DNA of 64,000 bases from Mytilus californianus (lineage: Eukaryota): positions 79,484,001-79,548,000 of the forward strand of contig NW_026262701.1 in the NCBI RefSeq assembly GCF_021869535.1. Reading direction: 5' to 3'. Every line of letters begins with the position of its first letter. The stretch's first letter is position 1. Under the pieces are notes generated by a model, which was given only the letters and a program-made list of their open reading frames with translations, was not told where the DNA came from and ran no database searches. The position numbers and the translations under genes are program-made. Below, in pieces: positions 38,201-50,097 of the stretch.

Positions 38201-40990
38201 TCTTTTATTATTGATTTTAATAGTATTGAATAGGTGTATCTATCTTGGAGAAAATTACCTACAACTAATTGAGGAAACCCTTAATTATTGTATTCAGGGT
38301 AAAACAGCCGAACACAAAGATCACGAGGAAATATTTCCGCATAAACATCTAGAAATGAGTGTGATTGTAGTGAAAAACCTCTTGCAAGAAAAAGAAAAGA
38401 CCAGAATTGAAATGAAGGTCAGTGGAGATAGATAGAAATAACATTAAAGGTACAATTTTGTTGGCACAAGGTGAGCATTTTGACAATTATTGTCTCTTCA
38501 GTGAAGCTCAAGGCCAACATATTTGAAAGTCAAAAACCGAAATATTGGCTACTTGGCTGGTGATACAATCGGGGAATAACATTCCAACATAAATTTTAGA
38601 TTAATTCTTAATTAAGTATATGTTCAGGATTAGTTTTCCAACAGAACATTCCAATAGTTGCTATCAATTCACTTAAGTAATGTGAATATGCAAGTTTACT
38701 CATCATTTGTTTAAAAACCACCGTTCCCAACGTTAAGATTGTGTTGAAAATTCAAGACATTTAAGTATTTCAACTGAAACAAACCATGATGTTTGTCAGT
38801 TGTTGAACATTTCCTTTCATAAAATGTATGCGTCTGAAGTTATAGAAAAGAAGATTCTAAATTTATGATAGAAATTACCACTTTTAAAAACAAATCGTGC
38901 ATCCAAAACGCTTTTCTGGATTAACCTTCACCAGAAACGCTCACACCTTAACATTTGGAAGCCACGGATACATATTAGCTATAGGACAAAATAAGGACCT
39001 AAACAGATTAATAGTAAAAAATCCTTTAAGGTTAACTTTCATTGTCTGAGGTAGTTGAAACCTATATTTTAAAGTAAGTTTTGGATTTTCAAAAATTTTG
39101 GCCTCGAGCATCACTAAAGAGACATCTATTGTCGAAATGCTCATTTAGTGCAGTAAAATTGGTACCGTCAATGTTATTATCTTTATAATTTCATAATTTA
39201 TGAACGGTGAATTAATAATAAGTTTATGTTATAGATCATGTATAATCCATGCCAAAATAAAAAAAAAAGCATTTAACAATGATAAAATGAAGAGGAAACC
39301 TCCCGAACTCCATGTGTATGCCTACAATCTTTACATGCGGTTTGTGGGGGAAAACAGTACCTGCATTATTTAAAAAATGCTTTAAATGACGTTTGGTATA
39401 ATTCGTTTTGACCCAAAGAGAAGGTACAAGAAGCACAAAAATGTGAACCCAGATATTTATAGTTGTTAACATGTTCAATTTTACAAACTAGGGGTTAGGT
39501 AATCACCGTGTCGCGCACTATGAGTACTTTTCAACCAGTATGTCCTCAAGTTTAAAGTTTATTTTCTGGTTCTTTTATAAGATGACTGCAGAACTGGTCA
39601 CCCACATTTTTCAGGTTCTCAGGATATGTAAAGCGTGTGTTGTACCAACAGATACAAAAAGATACATCGCAAGGATACCTCACAAAAAATCGACCAAGTA
39701 TACATACTTAAAACTATTAAATGCTTTCAATGCTTCCACTGCGTCACAATGGGAAAGAAAAATTGAATATGCGACATTCAAGGTATTTATTGTCAACTCT
39801 CATCTGTCAGGTAATTTACAATGTTTTGTGATGAAAATTATGTAAATTGTATGTCATCATTTTTCCATGTAGTATAGCAAACTAGCAAAATTAACAGATA
39901 AATTACAACTAATGCCGTTTACATCACATTTCGGATGTTCTGTCATCTAAAAGGATATTGTTTTTGCTATTATGTAACGGTAAACCTATATCAAATATTT
40001 ATATGAATCGTAAATAAAAATTCGTTTTCCTCAATTATAGGGAATAGCTAAAGAAAATCAGTGTTTACGACATACAGTTAATATACTGACAGAAGAAGTC
40101 AAACAAGTCAAAACCTTCCTCGGGATACCAAAGGTATGAAAGCTGTATTTTTGTATAAGATCATTACATACGCCAATTTTATTACAACTTGTTAAGGTGC
40201 CTCATCTGAATAAAGAGGAAACCTTTTAACAAAAAAATTTCTTTATGACAGTGCATGACACTTGTCCAATTCGGCTTGTATTCATCTCTTGATTCATCAG
40301 TCACTAACCTGCAATAATAATATAGAAGAACTTTATCACAATTATAATTGCCGTATCTTTTTAGGATCATCGTTAAAAAGGGGAAAATTGTACAGTTTTG
40401 CACATCATTGCCTACTATTATATACGGTATGGGTTTTGCTCATTGTTGAAGACTGTACATTGCCCTGTGTTTGCTTACATCCTTATCCTTTGATGTCTGG
40501 TGGATAACTGTCTCATTGGCAATCACGTTATTTATATTCTACATAGTAATGTATTTATGTCGGTAGCAAAAGAAAAAAATCATTTTAAATCCTATTAGTA
40601 TTAATATGGTGAAAATAATTGGTTACTTTTCACACTAATTAAAACACAGGAAAGAAGGCCCTTCGTTATACATGTATTCATTCTTAATTAATTTAAAAGG
40701 TCTTTTCTTTGTTTTTGTTGATTGTTAGACACGAACATTATATGTTTTTATGATTGATTATAAAGTTTTTAATAAGTCTTGCACAGTGTTGATATTGAAT
40801 ATGTTTTTAAATCGTTTTAAAAATTCTTTTGTAGAATTTTGCAGATATTGCTCTTCGTCAATCGAGGAGTCTTCCTACAGCATTATCAACCTTGGTTGAG
40901 AAGCAACAATCATCAATACCAACATGTATGTTTGTTCCACGTACTAAACCGCCAAAGCCAAGATCTCGTCATAATTCATCTAGCAGTTAA
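32203..40990 (+). CDS. TRAF-like RING + TRAF-type zinc finger + coiled-coil protein with no MATH domain detected; exons 32203-32433, 33087-33191, 33529-33702, 34373-34453, 36281-36355, 38298-38417, 40041-40133, 40835-40990 (about 344 aa)
   Basis: RING CPVCECVLRRPMQLPCGHCVCDGC...CPM. Then IHQDYGLRRDILSATVYCPEMENGC, TRAF Zn fingers RHLLSDCEWRLVNCTFKDKGC..., EHHGNICTEISLSCPYGC and MTQHMKECCNRLLPCQYQIFGCAFK-GKTAEHKDHEEIFPHKHLEM, a coiled-coil, and a Ser/Pro-rich tail ending in TAA with AATAAA at about 41035. All introns are GT-AG, phase 0. The last two exons are less certain. Confidence 0.85.
33945..33986 (-). ncRNA. Degenerate hammerhead-like motif, family B (GAAA destroyed), in a TRAF intron
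   Basis: Reverse complement: GCGTTC-CTGATGA-AGGTAAATCCA-CATAT-GCGC-TTC-GGGCGC. Confidence 0.45.
38899..38940 (-). ncRNA. Degenerate hammerhead-like motif, family B (core CTGGTGA)
   Basis: Reverse complement: GCGTTT-CTGGTGA-AGGTTAATCCA-GAAA-AGCG-TTTT-GGATGC. Confidence 0.4.
39108..39151 (+). ncRNA. Degenerate hammerhead motif, family C (core CTAAAGA)
   Basis: GCATCA-CTAAAGA-GAC atctatt GTC-GAAA-T gctc A-TT-TAGTGC. Same architecture as the array ribozymes but with different flanks. Confidence 0.5.
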
Positions 40991-41390
40991 GAAGAAAAAG
41001 ACAGATATAATGTGTAAAAAGTCAACTAACTGCGAATAAAGCTTAAGATACATCTCATTTGACTTTTAGAAGATTTTTTTCTTTAAAAAATAACAATGTC
41101 ATGTTCTAACGTTATTTTTTTATTATAATGATTTAATAAAACAAGAAATGTAAACTGTTATATTTTCCATTATCTGAATGAATGTAAAAAAAATATAATT
41201 AGTTACTCAGTTATATTTATATTTATATTAAAATATTGAATTTGTGCTATCTTATATTTGTTATTAACTAGAAAAAAGGGGGATATTATACCCAAAGACT
41301 ATCAAAACCCATAAGGCGAAGACAACCATACAACACCATTGAAAAAAGACAAACAAACACACAATTGCCTACACATCACTACAAAAAGAT

Positions 41391-41641
41391 TGAATGATTG
41401 ATTGATTGTTGGTGTTGAACACCACTTTCAGCACTATTGGCACTATCGTGGCGTTCCGTTTTTATTGGCGGAGGAAGCCGAAATGTCCGGGGAGAACAAC
41501 CGACCTTCGGCAGGAAAACTGGCAATCTAGTCAATTACGATTCGAACGCACCTGCCTTATGTGGGGTTCGAACTCATTACAGTATTGACATGCTAGTGGT
41601 GCAGTAGATGGACTACTTAGACCACTCGACCACCGAGGCCC
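41391..41641 (-). mobile_element. tRNA-derived SINE with (TCAA)n tail
   Basis: Minus strand starts GGGCCTCGGTGGTCGAGTGGTC (A box), has GAGTTCGAACCCC (B box, 41563-41575), a non-tRNA core, and ends in AATCAATCAATCA. Confidence 0.8.
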
Positions 41642-44600
41642 AATTACATAAAAAAGGGCTAATGATTGGGTAAATTTACAAAACCAAATAGCATTCTATA
41701 TTGTTTGTAAGTGAATCGCATATAGTATGCTTTGATAGAATCCAAATTACTGGTACTATGGTTGCTTTATGGCATGGTGTTTGTTACATACATGTGCCAT
41801 CGCATTGTCATCCGTTAGAAGATGATACTGTATTAATTAGTTGTCAATCTTTAAAACATTTCATCCACTATATCTCGGAACATATTAAAAAAGACTTGAG
41901 TTGATTTTGATGATACTTGTTCCGATTGGGGGTCGCAAAAGGTATTACGAAAAAAGTATATTTAGTAGAGTTTTTATCCACAACTACAGTTTTTTTTAAC
42001 AAATTCGCACAGTGCCTTTGCATGGATGCCTTAAAGCGTAATTCTAAAAAAGTATATAATGGTATGAATGTATGACATTGATTTCCGCACGTTTATCGTG
42101 TGTATTTTAGACCAAAAAAAACATGTTAAAATTGGTGTTAAATTGGCTTTCAATTACTATATTGCAAGCTTTCTTTTGTCAATAATTTGTTTCTTTTGTA
42201 TTTTGTCATTTTGTTAGTTTTTTTGTGATTCTTGTCGATCTTATAAATCAAGCCCTTTCCTGGTTTTTAACCTCTACAAAATAAAAAAGATGTTGTATGC
42301 TTGCCAAAGAATTGCCAAAAGGACAACGATGAAAACATTTATCATGTTTATAGATCACTCGGACGGTGCATTCAGCGATCGTTGTTTAGATCCTCGTTCT
42401 CTGGTCTCTGTTGGACAGTTGTCTCATTTGCAATTATACCACATCTCTATTTTTTATATTAACAAAAATACAAAAGGCACTTACAACAACCAACCAAACT
42501 CGTCGGTCAATTTTGATTGATTGACGATGTCAGCTTAACGTTCAGTGTCAAATATTTCATGCATGTTCAGGACGATCGATTAATTATTGATTGAGGGATT
42601 GCAGATCAACAGTTTAGTCAAATTACAAAATGTTTAAACTGAATATTTACATTCAAAGTTTGTCATTTAAATAAAAGTTCATTGAAAAAACGCTTGTTGC
42701 AAAAATAAGATTGATTAACAGAACACTCGTCAGTATCATTTAAAAGTTGATAAATTTGTTATACACACTGTTGGCAGTCAGTTTCTGATTTGTATTTCGT
42801 TTTTGTTTGTACATTGTGTATCTGAATTCACGATAACTTTTGTGATTTCTTTTTCATTTTTTATTTTCTTTTGAGAAATCAAAAATATTTTGATAGATAC
42901 TAACTAAATTTGTTCTTCAATGGAAATATACACATGGATCCTTTACAAACTATAGGGATGATATATTTCTCACCGGTGCAAAATATTATCACAATATCAG
43001 GACAATGTTATATGATGTTTTGATGAACACATATTAACAATGTACTTTATCGTTAAGTGACGTGACATGAAACAACAGGGAAGGATAGAAAGTGATATAT
43101 CAGAAAGACGAAAAAAATAGAACTGTTTTGTCCATTACCAACATATAAATATTATTTAAGATATGAAACATGTTCATAATTTATATAGAAGTGTTATCAT
43201 TTATCAGCAAACAGTTCAGATTTTGACATTTAAACCAGAAAAAAAGACAAGATAGTACAGCGATTCATATTGCTATACAAGAGAAGCGATAAAGTATCAA
43301 TTTGATGACAGAGAAATAGACGCAACTAAGATTTCATTCCAAATCCATAACGACATGCATCTGGTAAATTTGAGGAAAATGACACTGTTTCTGTTATATC
43401 AAAACTAATTGACGCTCTCTCAGATATTTACATCTAATACATGCTAAGTTAAAAAAAAATATCGTAATCCCCAATGCATACCTGCTCAGTTTAAATATTT
43501 TGATCCTTTATGGAATTCGGTGCTAATTGGATATCTTTGGTAGAGTCTTAAACACGGAAGTCGGAAATCTCGAAAGTCGGAAAACACGAAAGTCTAAAAT
43601 TGGCATTTATAAATTTTGACTTGGGTGGAGAGTTGTCTTATTGGCACTCATACCACATCTTCTTATATCTATGTTTTAAGCAATTTCTCTGGAACGGAGC
43701 CCTAAGCATAGAATAAAAATTTAAACGGATTTTTAATGCTAATGAATTGTTCTACAATTTTAAATAAAAAATATTGTGATTTTCAAATGCATTTTCATCA
43801 AAGAAATTTCTCAAAATATGTCAATTTGATACTGCCGTATTTTCCGACTTTAGCGTCTTAGACTTTCACCATTTCTTTAATAATCTCTGTCTTATTTTCT
43901 TTCACTACTTTTCTAAACTCACGGCGATTTAATGTTTTATATATTGCATTAAAATTGTCTATTGCTGAGGACATTATTTTGACTTTCAAATGGCATTTTA
44001 TTTTTTGTTTTTTGGTTGATGTCTATAATTAATGTCAATTCTACAACTCCTGTTATTCAAATTAGTACAATTTATTCCTCAATTCCTTATTGTGCATACT
44101 CTCTTATCATCTTGTAAACATAAACTTATACTTTCTTTATGCATTTTATGCACTTTACTGAAAATGTATGACAAAGTTATATATATAAAATTGAGAATAG
44201 AAACGGGGAATGTATCAAAGAGACAACAACCCGAAAAAAGAGCAGAAAACAACACAAGGCCACCAATATATATATATATATGGCAATCGCCATGGCAGTC
44301 AGCAGGGTTTAAGAACATCCGTTGTTCGACCTGCTAGTCAAATGCGTTTTGTTAAAATATACTTTTTCACTCTTTTTGGTCTTTTGGAAAATGTTGTTTG
44401 TGCTGTATTTAGACCACTCTACCAAGAAATTTGTTTTGCATGCACACGTATAAAAATTGCGGTTTTTATCCAACGCAATCATAGGTTTGAACGTTGTTTT
44501 CAATTTAGACTTGTTTATATTTTTTCGTTTGGGCCTGTATTATATTTGCCTTCGGGTTTATATGATCCGTTCATCCTATTTTGACTCTGCATTTAAGAGT

Positions 44601-44654
44601 CAATCCCAAATTGAGGTAAATTGTATGGCCTTCCAAATACCGTTTCGATTCCTA

Positions 44655-44698
44655 ACATCACTGAAGAGACATTAGTTGTCGAAATCCGGATATGGTGT
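44655..44698 (+). ncRNA. Type I hammerhead ribozyme, array copy 1 (predicted cleavage after 44692)
   Basis: ACATCA-CTGAAGA-GACA ttagt TGTC-GAAA-T ccgg A-TA-TGGTGT. Stem I is 6 bp (one G-U), stem II is 4 bp, stem III is the palindrome ATCCGGAT, and the NUH triplet is AUA. Confidence 0.88.
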
Positions 44699-45192
44699 AC
44701 AAATTTTTGCACCTCATGTTTGCGGTATGCCATCTTTTCCGCAAGTTTATTGTTTTCTGTTTGGTATTTAATTAATAAATTAAGATCCATTTTTACATCT
44801 GGTGATCCGTTTTTTTGGCAATCGCCATGGCAGTCAGCAGGGTTTAAGAACATCCGTTGTTCGACCTGCTAGTCAAATGCGTTTTGTTAAAATATACTTT
44901 TTCACTCTTTTTGGTCTTTTGGAAAATGTTGTTTGTGCTGTATTTAGACCACTCTACCAAGAAATTTGTTTTGCATGCACACGTATAAAAATTGCGGTTT
45001 TTATCCAACGCAATCATAGGTTTGAACGTTGTTTTTAATTTAGACTTGTTTATATTTTTTCGTTTGGGCCTGTATTATATTTGCCTTCGGGTTTATATGA
45101 TCCGTTCATCCTATTTTGACTCTTCAAAATTTAAGAGTCAATCCCAAATTGAGGTAAATTATATGGCCTTCCAAATACCGTTTCGATTCCTA

Positions 45193-45236
45193 ACATCACT
45201 GAAGAGACATTAATTGTCGAAATCCGGATATGGTGT
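45193..45236 (+). ncRNA. Type I hammerhead ribozyme, array copy 2 (predicted cleavage after 45230)
   Basis: ACATCA-CTGAAGA-GACA ttaat TGTC-GAAA-T ccgg A-TA-TGGTGT. It differs from copy 1 only in loop II. Confidence 0.88.
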
Positions 45237-45730
45237 ACAAATTTTTGCACCTCATGTTTGCGGTATACCATCTTTTCCGCAAGTTTATTGTTTTCTGTTT
45301 GGTATTTAATTAATAAATTAAGATCCATTTTTACATCTGGTGATCCGTTTTTTTGGCAATCGCCATGGCAGTCAGCAGGGTTTAAGAACATCCGTTGTTC
45401 GACCTGCTAGTCAAATGCGTTTTGTTAAAATATACTTTTTCACTCTTTTTGGTCTTTTGGAAAATGTTGTTTGTGCTGTATTTAGACCACTCTACCAAGA
45501 AATTTGTTTTGCATGCACACGTATAAAAATTGCGGTTTTTATCGAACGCAATCATAGGTTTGAACGTTGTTTTCAATTTAGACTTGTTTATATTTTTTCG
45601 TTTGGGCTTGTATTATATTTGCCTTCGGGTTTATATGATGCGTTCATCCTATTTTGACTCTTCAAAATTTAAGAGTCAATCCCAAATTGAGGTAAATTAT
45701 ATGGCCTTCCAAATACCGTTTCGATTCCTA

Positions 45731-45774
45731 ACATCACTGAAGAGACATTAATTGTCGAAATCCGGATATGGTGT
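45731..45774 (+). ncRNA. Type I hammerhead ribozyme, array copy 3 (predicted cleavage after 45768)
   Basis: Identical to copy 2. Confidence 0.88.
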
Positions 45775-46124
45775 ACAAATTTTTGCACCTCATGTTTGCG
45801 GTATACCATCTTTTCCGCAAGTTTATTGTTTTCTGTTTGGTATTTAATTAATAAATTAAGATCCATTTTTACATCTGGTGATCCGTTTTTTTGGCAATCG
45901 CCATGGCAGTCAGCAGGGTTTAAGAACATCCGTTGTTCGACCTGCTAGTCAAATGCGTTTTGTTAAAATATACTTTTTCACTCTTTTTGGTCTTTTGGAA
46001 AATGTTGTTTGTGCTGTATTTAGACCACTCTACCAAGAAATTTGTTTTGCATGCACATGTATAAAAATTGCGATTTTTATCCAACGCAATCATAGGTTTG
46101 AACGTTGTTTTCAATTTAGACTTG

Positions 46125-46125
<1 letters not shown>

Positions 46126-46200
<75 letters not shown>
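46126..46200. repeat. Compound microsatellite (TA)n(GA)n
   Basis: Directly visible immediately right of the tandem array. Confidence 0.95.
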
Positions 46201-46204
<4 letters not shown>

Positions 46205-47693
46205 GAATTGATTGAAAATACATTAACTATTCTTGTCTCATCGTTTTATTTTGACACATCAAAACTCATCATGATGTTGTACATGTTTTAGATATATTAA
46301 TTGATGTGTGGTTAAAACAATTAAACATTACTAAACATTTACACAAATATGCAACGACTTTTAATAATGCACATCGAAACATTTTTTGAACCGTTTTTCT
46401 TTTCTTTTCAGCAGATACATGTATAGTGACATATTTGTTTTGTACAAAAAGCCAAGCATAAACTCATCTAAAAAATGATAACCAGTATGTCTAATAATTA
46501 CAGAAACATAATCGGATTTCCCATTACGCATCTTAAAACCTCTTATCTATAAGAATAGTACACTGATATCTGAATATGAATCAAGACATATACAACTGAA
46601 CAATCTCGTAATGTAATGGACGGCAGCGGGGGACAGCAATTGTTCGACCTTGGTGATTAAAATCAAGTCCGTATAAATCAACGTGTTGAAACTGTCTGTG
46701 TACTTTTTATAACATCTAGTTTTAAGGCATTAATCAGGAAAGATGGATGAACTGCCACTATAATAGTAAACACAATATTTCATTGTCATTTGAAAGACCC
46801 GATATATACCACAATAGTTCACGACGGAAGTGTTGGCGATCATGACTTTTCTTTCACGTTGATTTATAATATTACATGTAAGAACGCTTTAATTAGTAGA
46901 CTTCTTCACCGAGACATTACATGAAGAATACTTGTACATAGATACTAGCATATTGCCCAATGAAGAGCTTTATATTCCGTATATCTGTGAGGCTAAAATG
47001 CTGATACAGAAAAATAGAAATTTATGTTATCTTCAGACAACTTGTAGACTTTATAAATATATTTAGTGAAAAGCCTTCACCACTTGAAAGATATTAAGCT
47101 TTTTACGTATTTCCTGAAAAAAATATTCGCAGATTTAAAAGATAACGACGAGAAGGGCTACACACTTTATGCACAGTGATCACCATGTGTCCGGTAAAAA
47201 TGTTTATCCATGACAAACATAAAGAAGTCTAGTTTTTATCAGTTCAAGAGCACCTATTGGTAGAATCTGTTTAATGATTGCAGTACAGGTATACTAAGAG
47301 ATACAAAACTAATTTAAATCCTATCTCGCAATGTTCCAGTTTTATGTGTCCCATGTGACATATCAGAAAATGGGAGCGATGCAAGCTCGGTTTTTAATTA
47401 GATTGAAGAGATAACGTCCCCCAGGACCAAATAGTCAAACCTGCTTAACCCTTTTTTTTTGGCAAATTTGCACTTATTATGATAGTGTATTTTTTAAAAT
47501 GTAATCTGGGTTGCTGTCTCATCAATCGACGTATATCACAAATCACTTTTCATTTATAGTTGTTAGAAATCTATGCATGTAGTGTACCTGATTAACTACT
47601 CTTGCTGTAAACTATTCCTAATAACTACTCGTGTTGTACTAATAACTACTCTTGCTTTACCCCGAATAACTACACTTGCTGTATCCCTATTAA

Positions 47694-48084
47694 GGATGTT
47701 CGCTACTCTGTTTCAAAATAACAAGTTTTTTAAAAGACTGTTATAAATTGGTAGTATATAAATAAAGGAACTAAAAAAAAGCAGAACAAAATGAAGGGTC
47801 CGTGTGCTTGTTTTCGAGATAAAAGCCATTGAAAATTTGGCGGGAAATAATCCTCTCTAGACTTTTCGTACATTTAACATTCGCACCCGTTTTCTTTAAA
47901 AAATGATGAGAACATAACAAGGATTTTATAGTATTTTCAAATATGGCTTTTTAAACTATATGTAATAAAATTATGAAAAGAAAAGTATGGGTTAGTGGGC
48001 AAAATTTTTAATGGCACTACATGGGTAAAACCAGAGGATTCCGAATATCTGGCAAAAAATCTAAAACAAAAGGAGCGAACATCC
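47694..48084. mobile_element. TTAA-flanked (Kolobok-like) MITE next to a short AATAACTACTCTTGCT minisatellite
   Basis: TTAA|GGATGTTCGC ... GCGAACATCC|TTAA, with perfect 10-bp TIRs. Confidence 0.8.
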
Positions 48085-49206
48085 TTAAGTACTCTTGCCA
48101 GAGGAAGCTTGTTTGGCTTAACGAGCTTAGTTAGCAGTGATTGCTTACATTAAATTAAATAAATGTGTGGGAGTATTCGGAACTTTCTTGACATAGGCCT
48201 TGCAGGTACTGATGTTGATGGGCGTACATTTTGACCGAAAAAAACTATGAATACATATCCACGTCCGTTGGGGTCTCCAATACACAGCAACGCACTATTT
48301 TGGGGATATTGGCTCTGTAATATTCAAGTAATAACACTGAAATGACTGTCATAAAAGTGGTAGGTAACGGATTATTTTTTGTTGTTGTTGATTTCACTGG
48401 AAAGCGCTTTGTTTTCGTGATGACCGACAAAGCATTAGACAATATGGTAGTGGTATGAAGTAAATACTATACGGAAATTCATAAAAATGAAATTATAGAT
48501 TTTTCTACATTCAAGGCCGTGCGCTACACGGAACGCGATATAGTTGACATTCATATCATTACGGTAACCTCTGAACATTTGAGGGTCCTCTCATGTATTG
48601 GCTACCTATACGACACATTAAACCGCCAAATTTCATTTCATCTCGAATTCCTGTAAGTATTCCCCACAACCTTTCTGTTCCACAACAATTCTTAAAGGAC
48701 TTATCGTACAATTTTGTTATACAGCATATACAATTTATTGGAATGAATACTTATAAACAATCTTGTTTTTAAGTATCGATAGAAAAAAAAATCCAAATTC
48801 TGTTCCCGAGCGCCTGTGGATGAATTACGTGTTTTTAATTGTCCTTTCAAATCCGTTGACAATTATACCTTTTCCACTTTCTACACTACACTTCCATGTA
48901 ATCTTATCAAACAGAAGTTTCTTATTTAATCAAATATTCTTTAGAAAAAGCTGATTGCGAATATATTTGCTGCTACTCATATAAAGATTTCTATGGTTGT
49001 GAAATAGATAAATATGTAAAATTTACTTACTGGAACTGTAATGAGACAATTAAAGCCGTTCATATTGTCATTTACAACATCCAATGACGTTTCGACAATA
49101 CAATCAATATATCGGCTGGTTATATGTATTCCCATGGACACGATTTGAGCCCCTTCGATAGAAACATGTTTCTGGATTGTTACGAATTACATTTAATAAC
49201 CGAACA

Positions 49207-49725
49207 AAGGAGTAAGCCTTTTTGGCCCCAAAATATAGCATTTAAAAAATCTGTTAAAAATATAAACTTTGAGATATTTATTGGAAAGAAGAATACTTTT
49301 GTTAAATAAATATGGGCTTGTTTTTGACTTTACACTGCACATGCATTAGGTACTAGCATCATCAATTCATGCAAAATTACTGAAATCTTCACAATTTTAG
49401 CATTTGTGCTAATTTTAGATGTTTTTTTTTGTCTAAAATGGAAGTGGCCGCACTTGTGTTCAGTCTTGATATTTAAATATATGTTGTATTTGATGATGAT
49501 ACATAACATATATAAAGATTGAGACTGAACACGAATGCGACCACTTCCATTTTAGACAAAAACCATCTGAAAAGTGACGTTTTGTGGCATAGTTGATAGA
49601 ATTTTATATTTAAGCTTGAATTTAGGCGTCTTCAATGACTAAATCAGTTCAATTTTTTTTAAATAAACTAATCTAATCGACTGAAGAACACACTTAAGTG
49701 TTTAAAAACTGTCAAAAATCTTTCA
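49207..49725. mobile_element. Kolobok-like MITE, partial copy inverted relative to 55914-56482
   Basis: Extended reverse-complement similarity, e.g. AAAATGGAAGTGGCCGCACTTGTGTTCAGTCTT at about 49435 versus its reverse complement at about 56228-56260. Confidence 0.75.
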
Positions 49726-50097
49726 GCCGTATACCAAATACTTTATTTCTCATAAAACTACAATTACATAGTTATAGAGAACAAATATAACATAACTATA
49801 AGGTACAATTACATGCATGTGTGAACAATACAATGAAATCAACTTATAACAATGTTTCGTATTTTAGTTTTGAGAGCAACACACCAGCTACATTGGGACC
49901 TCTTATAAACTGACAATTATTTCGGTCTATAAAAACATCTCAAATTTTAAGGATTTCCTGAAGTTACTTTAATCAATCCAAATATTCTATGGGAAAACTT
50001 AGTTCTGAAGAAGATTTAAAAATACCTGAATATGCTCTCGAAAGCACCAATTAATATAAAAAAAGATATGTATCCTATGTAGATATATAAAAATGTA

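Larger units (their letters stand above)
44281..46125 (+). mobile_element. Tandem array of a 538-bp hammerhead-containing unit (about 3.4 copies), non-LTR retrozyme-like
   Basis: GGCAATCGCCATGGCAGTCAGC starts at 44282, 44817, 45355 and 45893 (spacing 535, 538, 538). Copies differ at only a few positions. The array is flanked by (TA)n on both sides. Confidence 0.9.

Noticed and set aside
41563-41641. tRNA gene
   Set aside because: A and B boxes are present, but there is no cloverleaf and the sequence continues into a SINE core and simple-repeat tail.
44281-46125. Tandem TRIM (LTR-internal-LTR) interpretation of the array
   Set aside because: There is no TG...CA pair at both ends of the 234-bp terminal repeat, and no primer-binding site or polypurine tract.
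44210-46135. Repeated 64-124 aa ORFs on both strands of the tandem array
   Set aside because: They recur only because the unit repeats, overlap in several frames, and lack domains. The unit is better explained as ribozyme-containing RNA.
46400-48660. Possible decayed coding sequence (several 40-50 codon open stretches, donor-like GTAAGT at about 48653)
   Set aside because: No consistent frame, splice model or recognisable domain.
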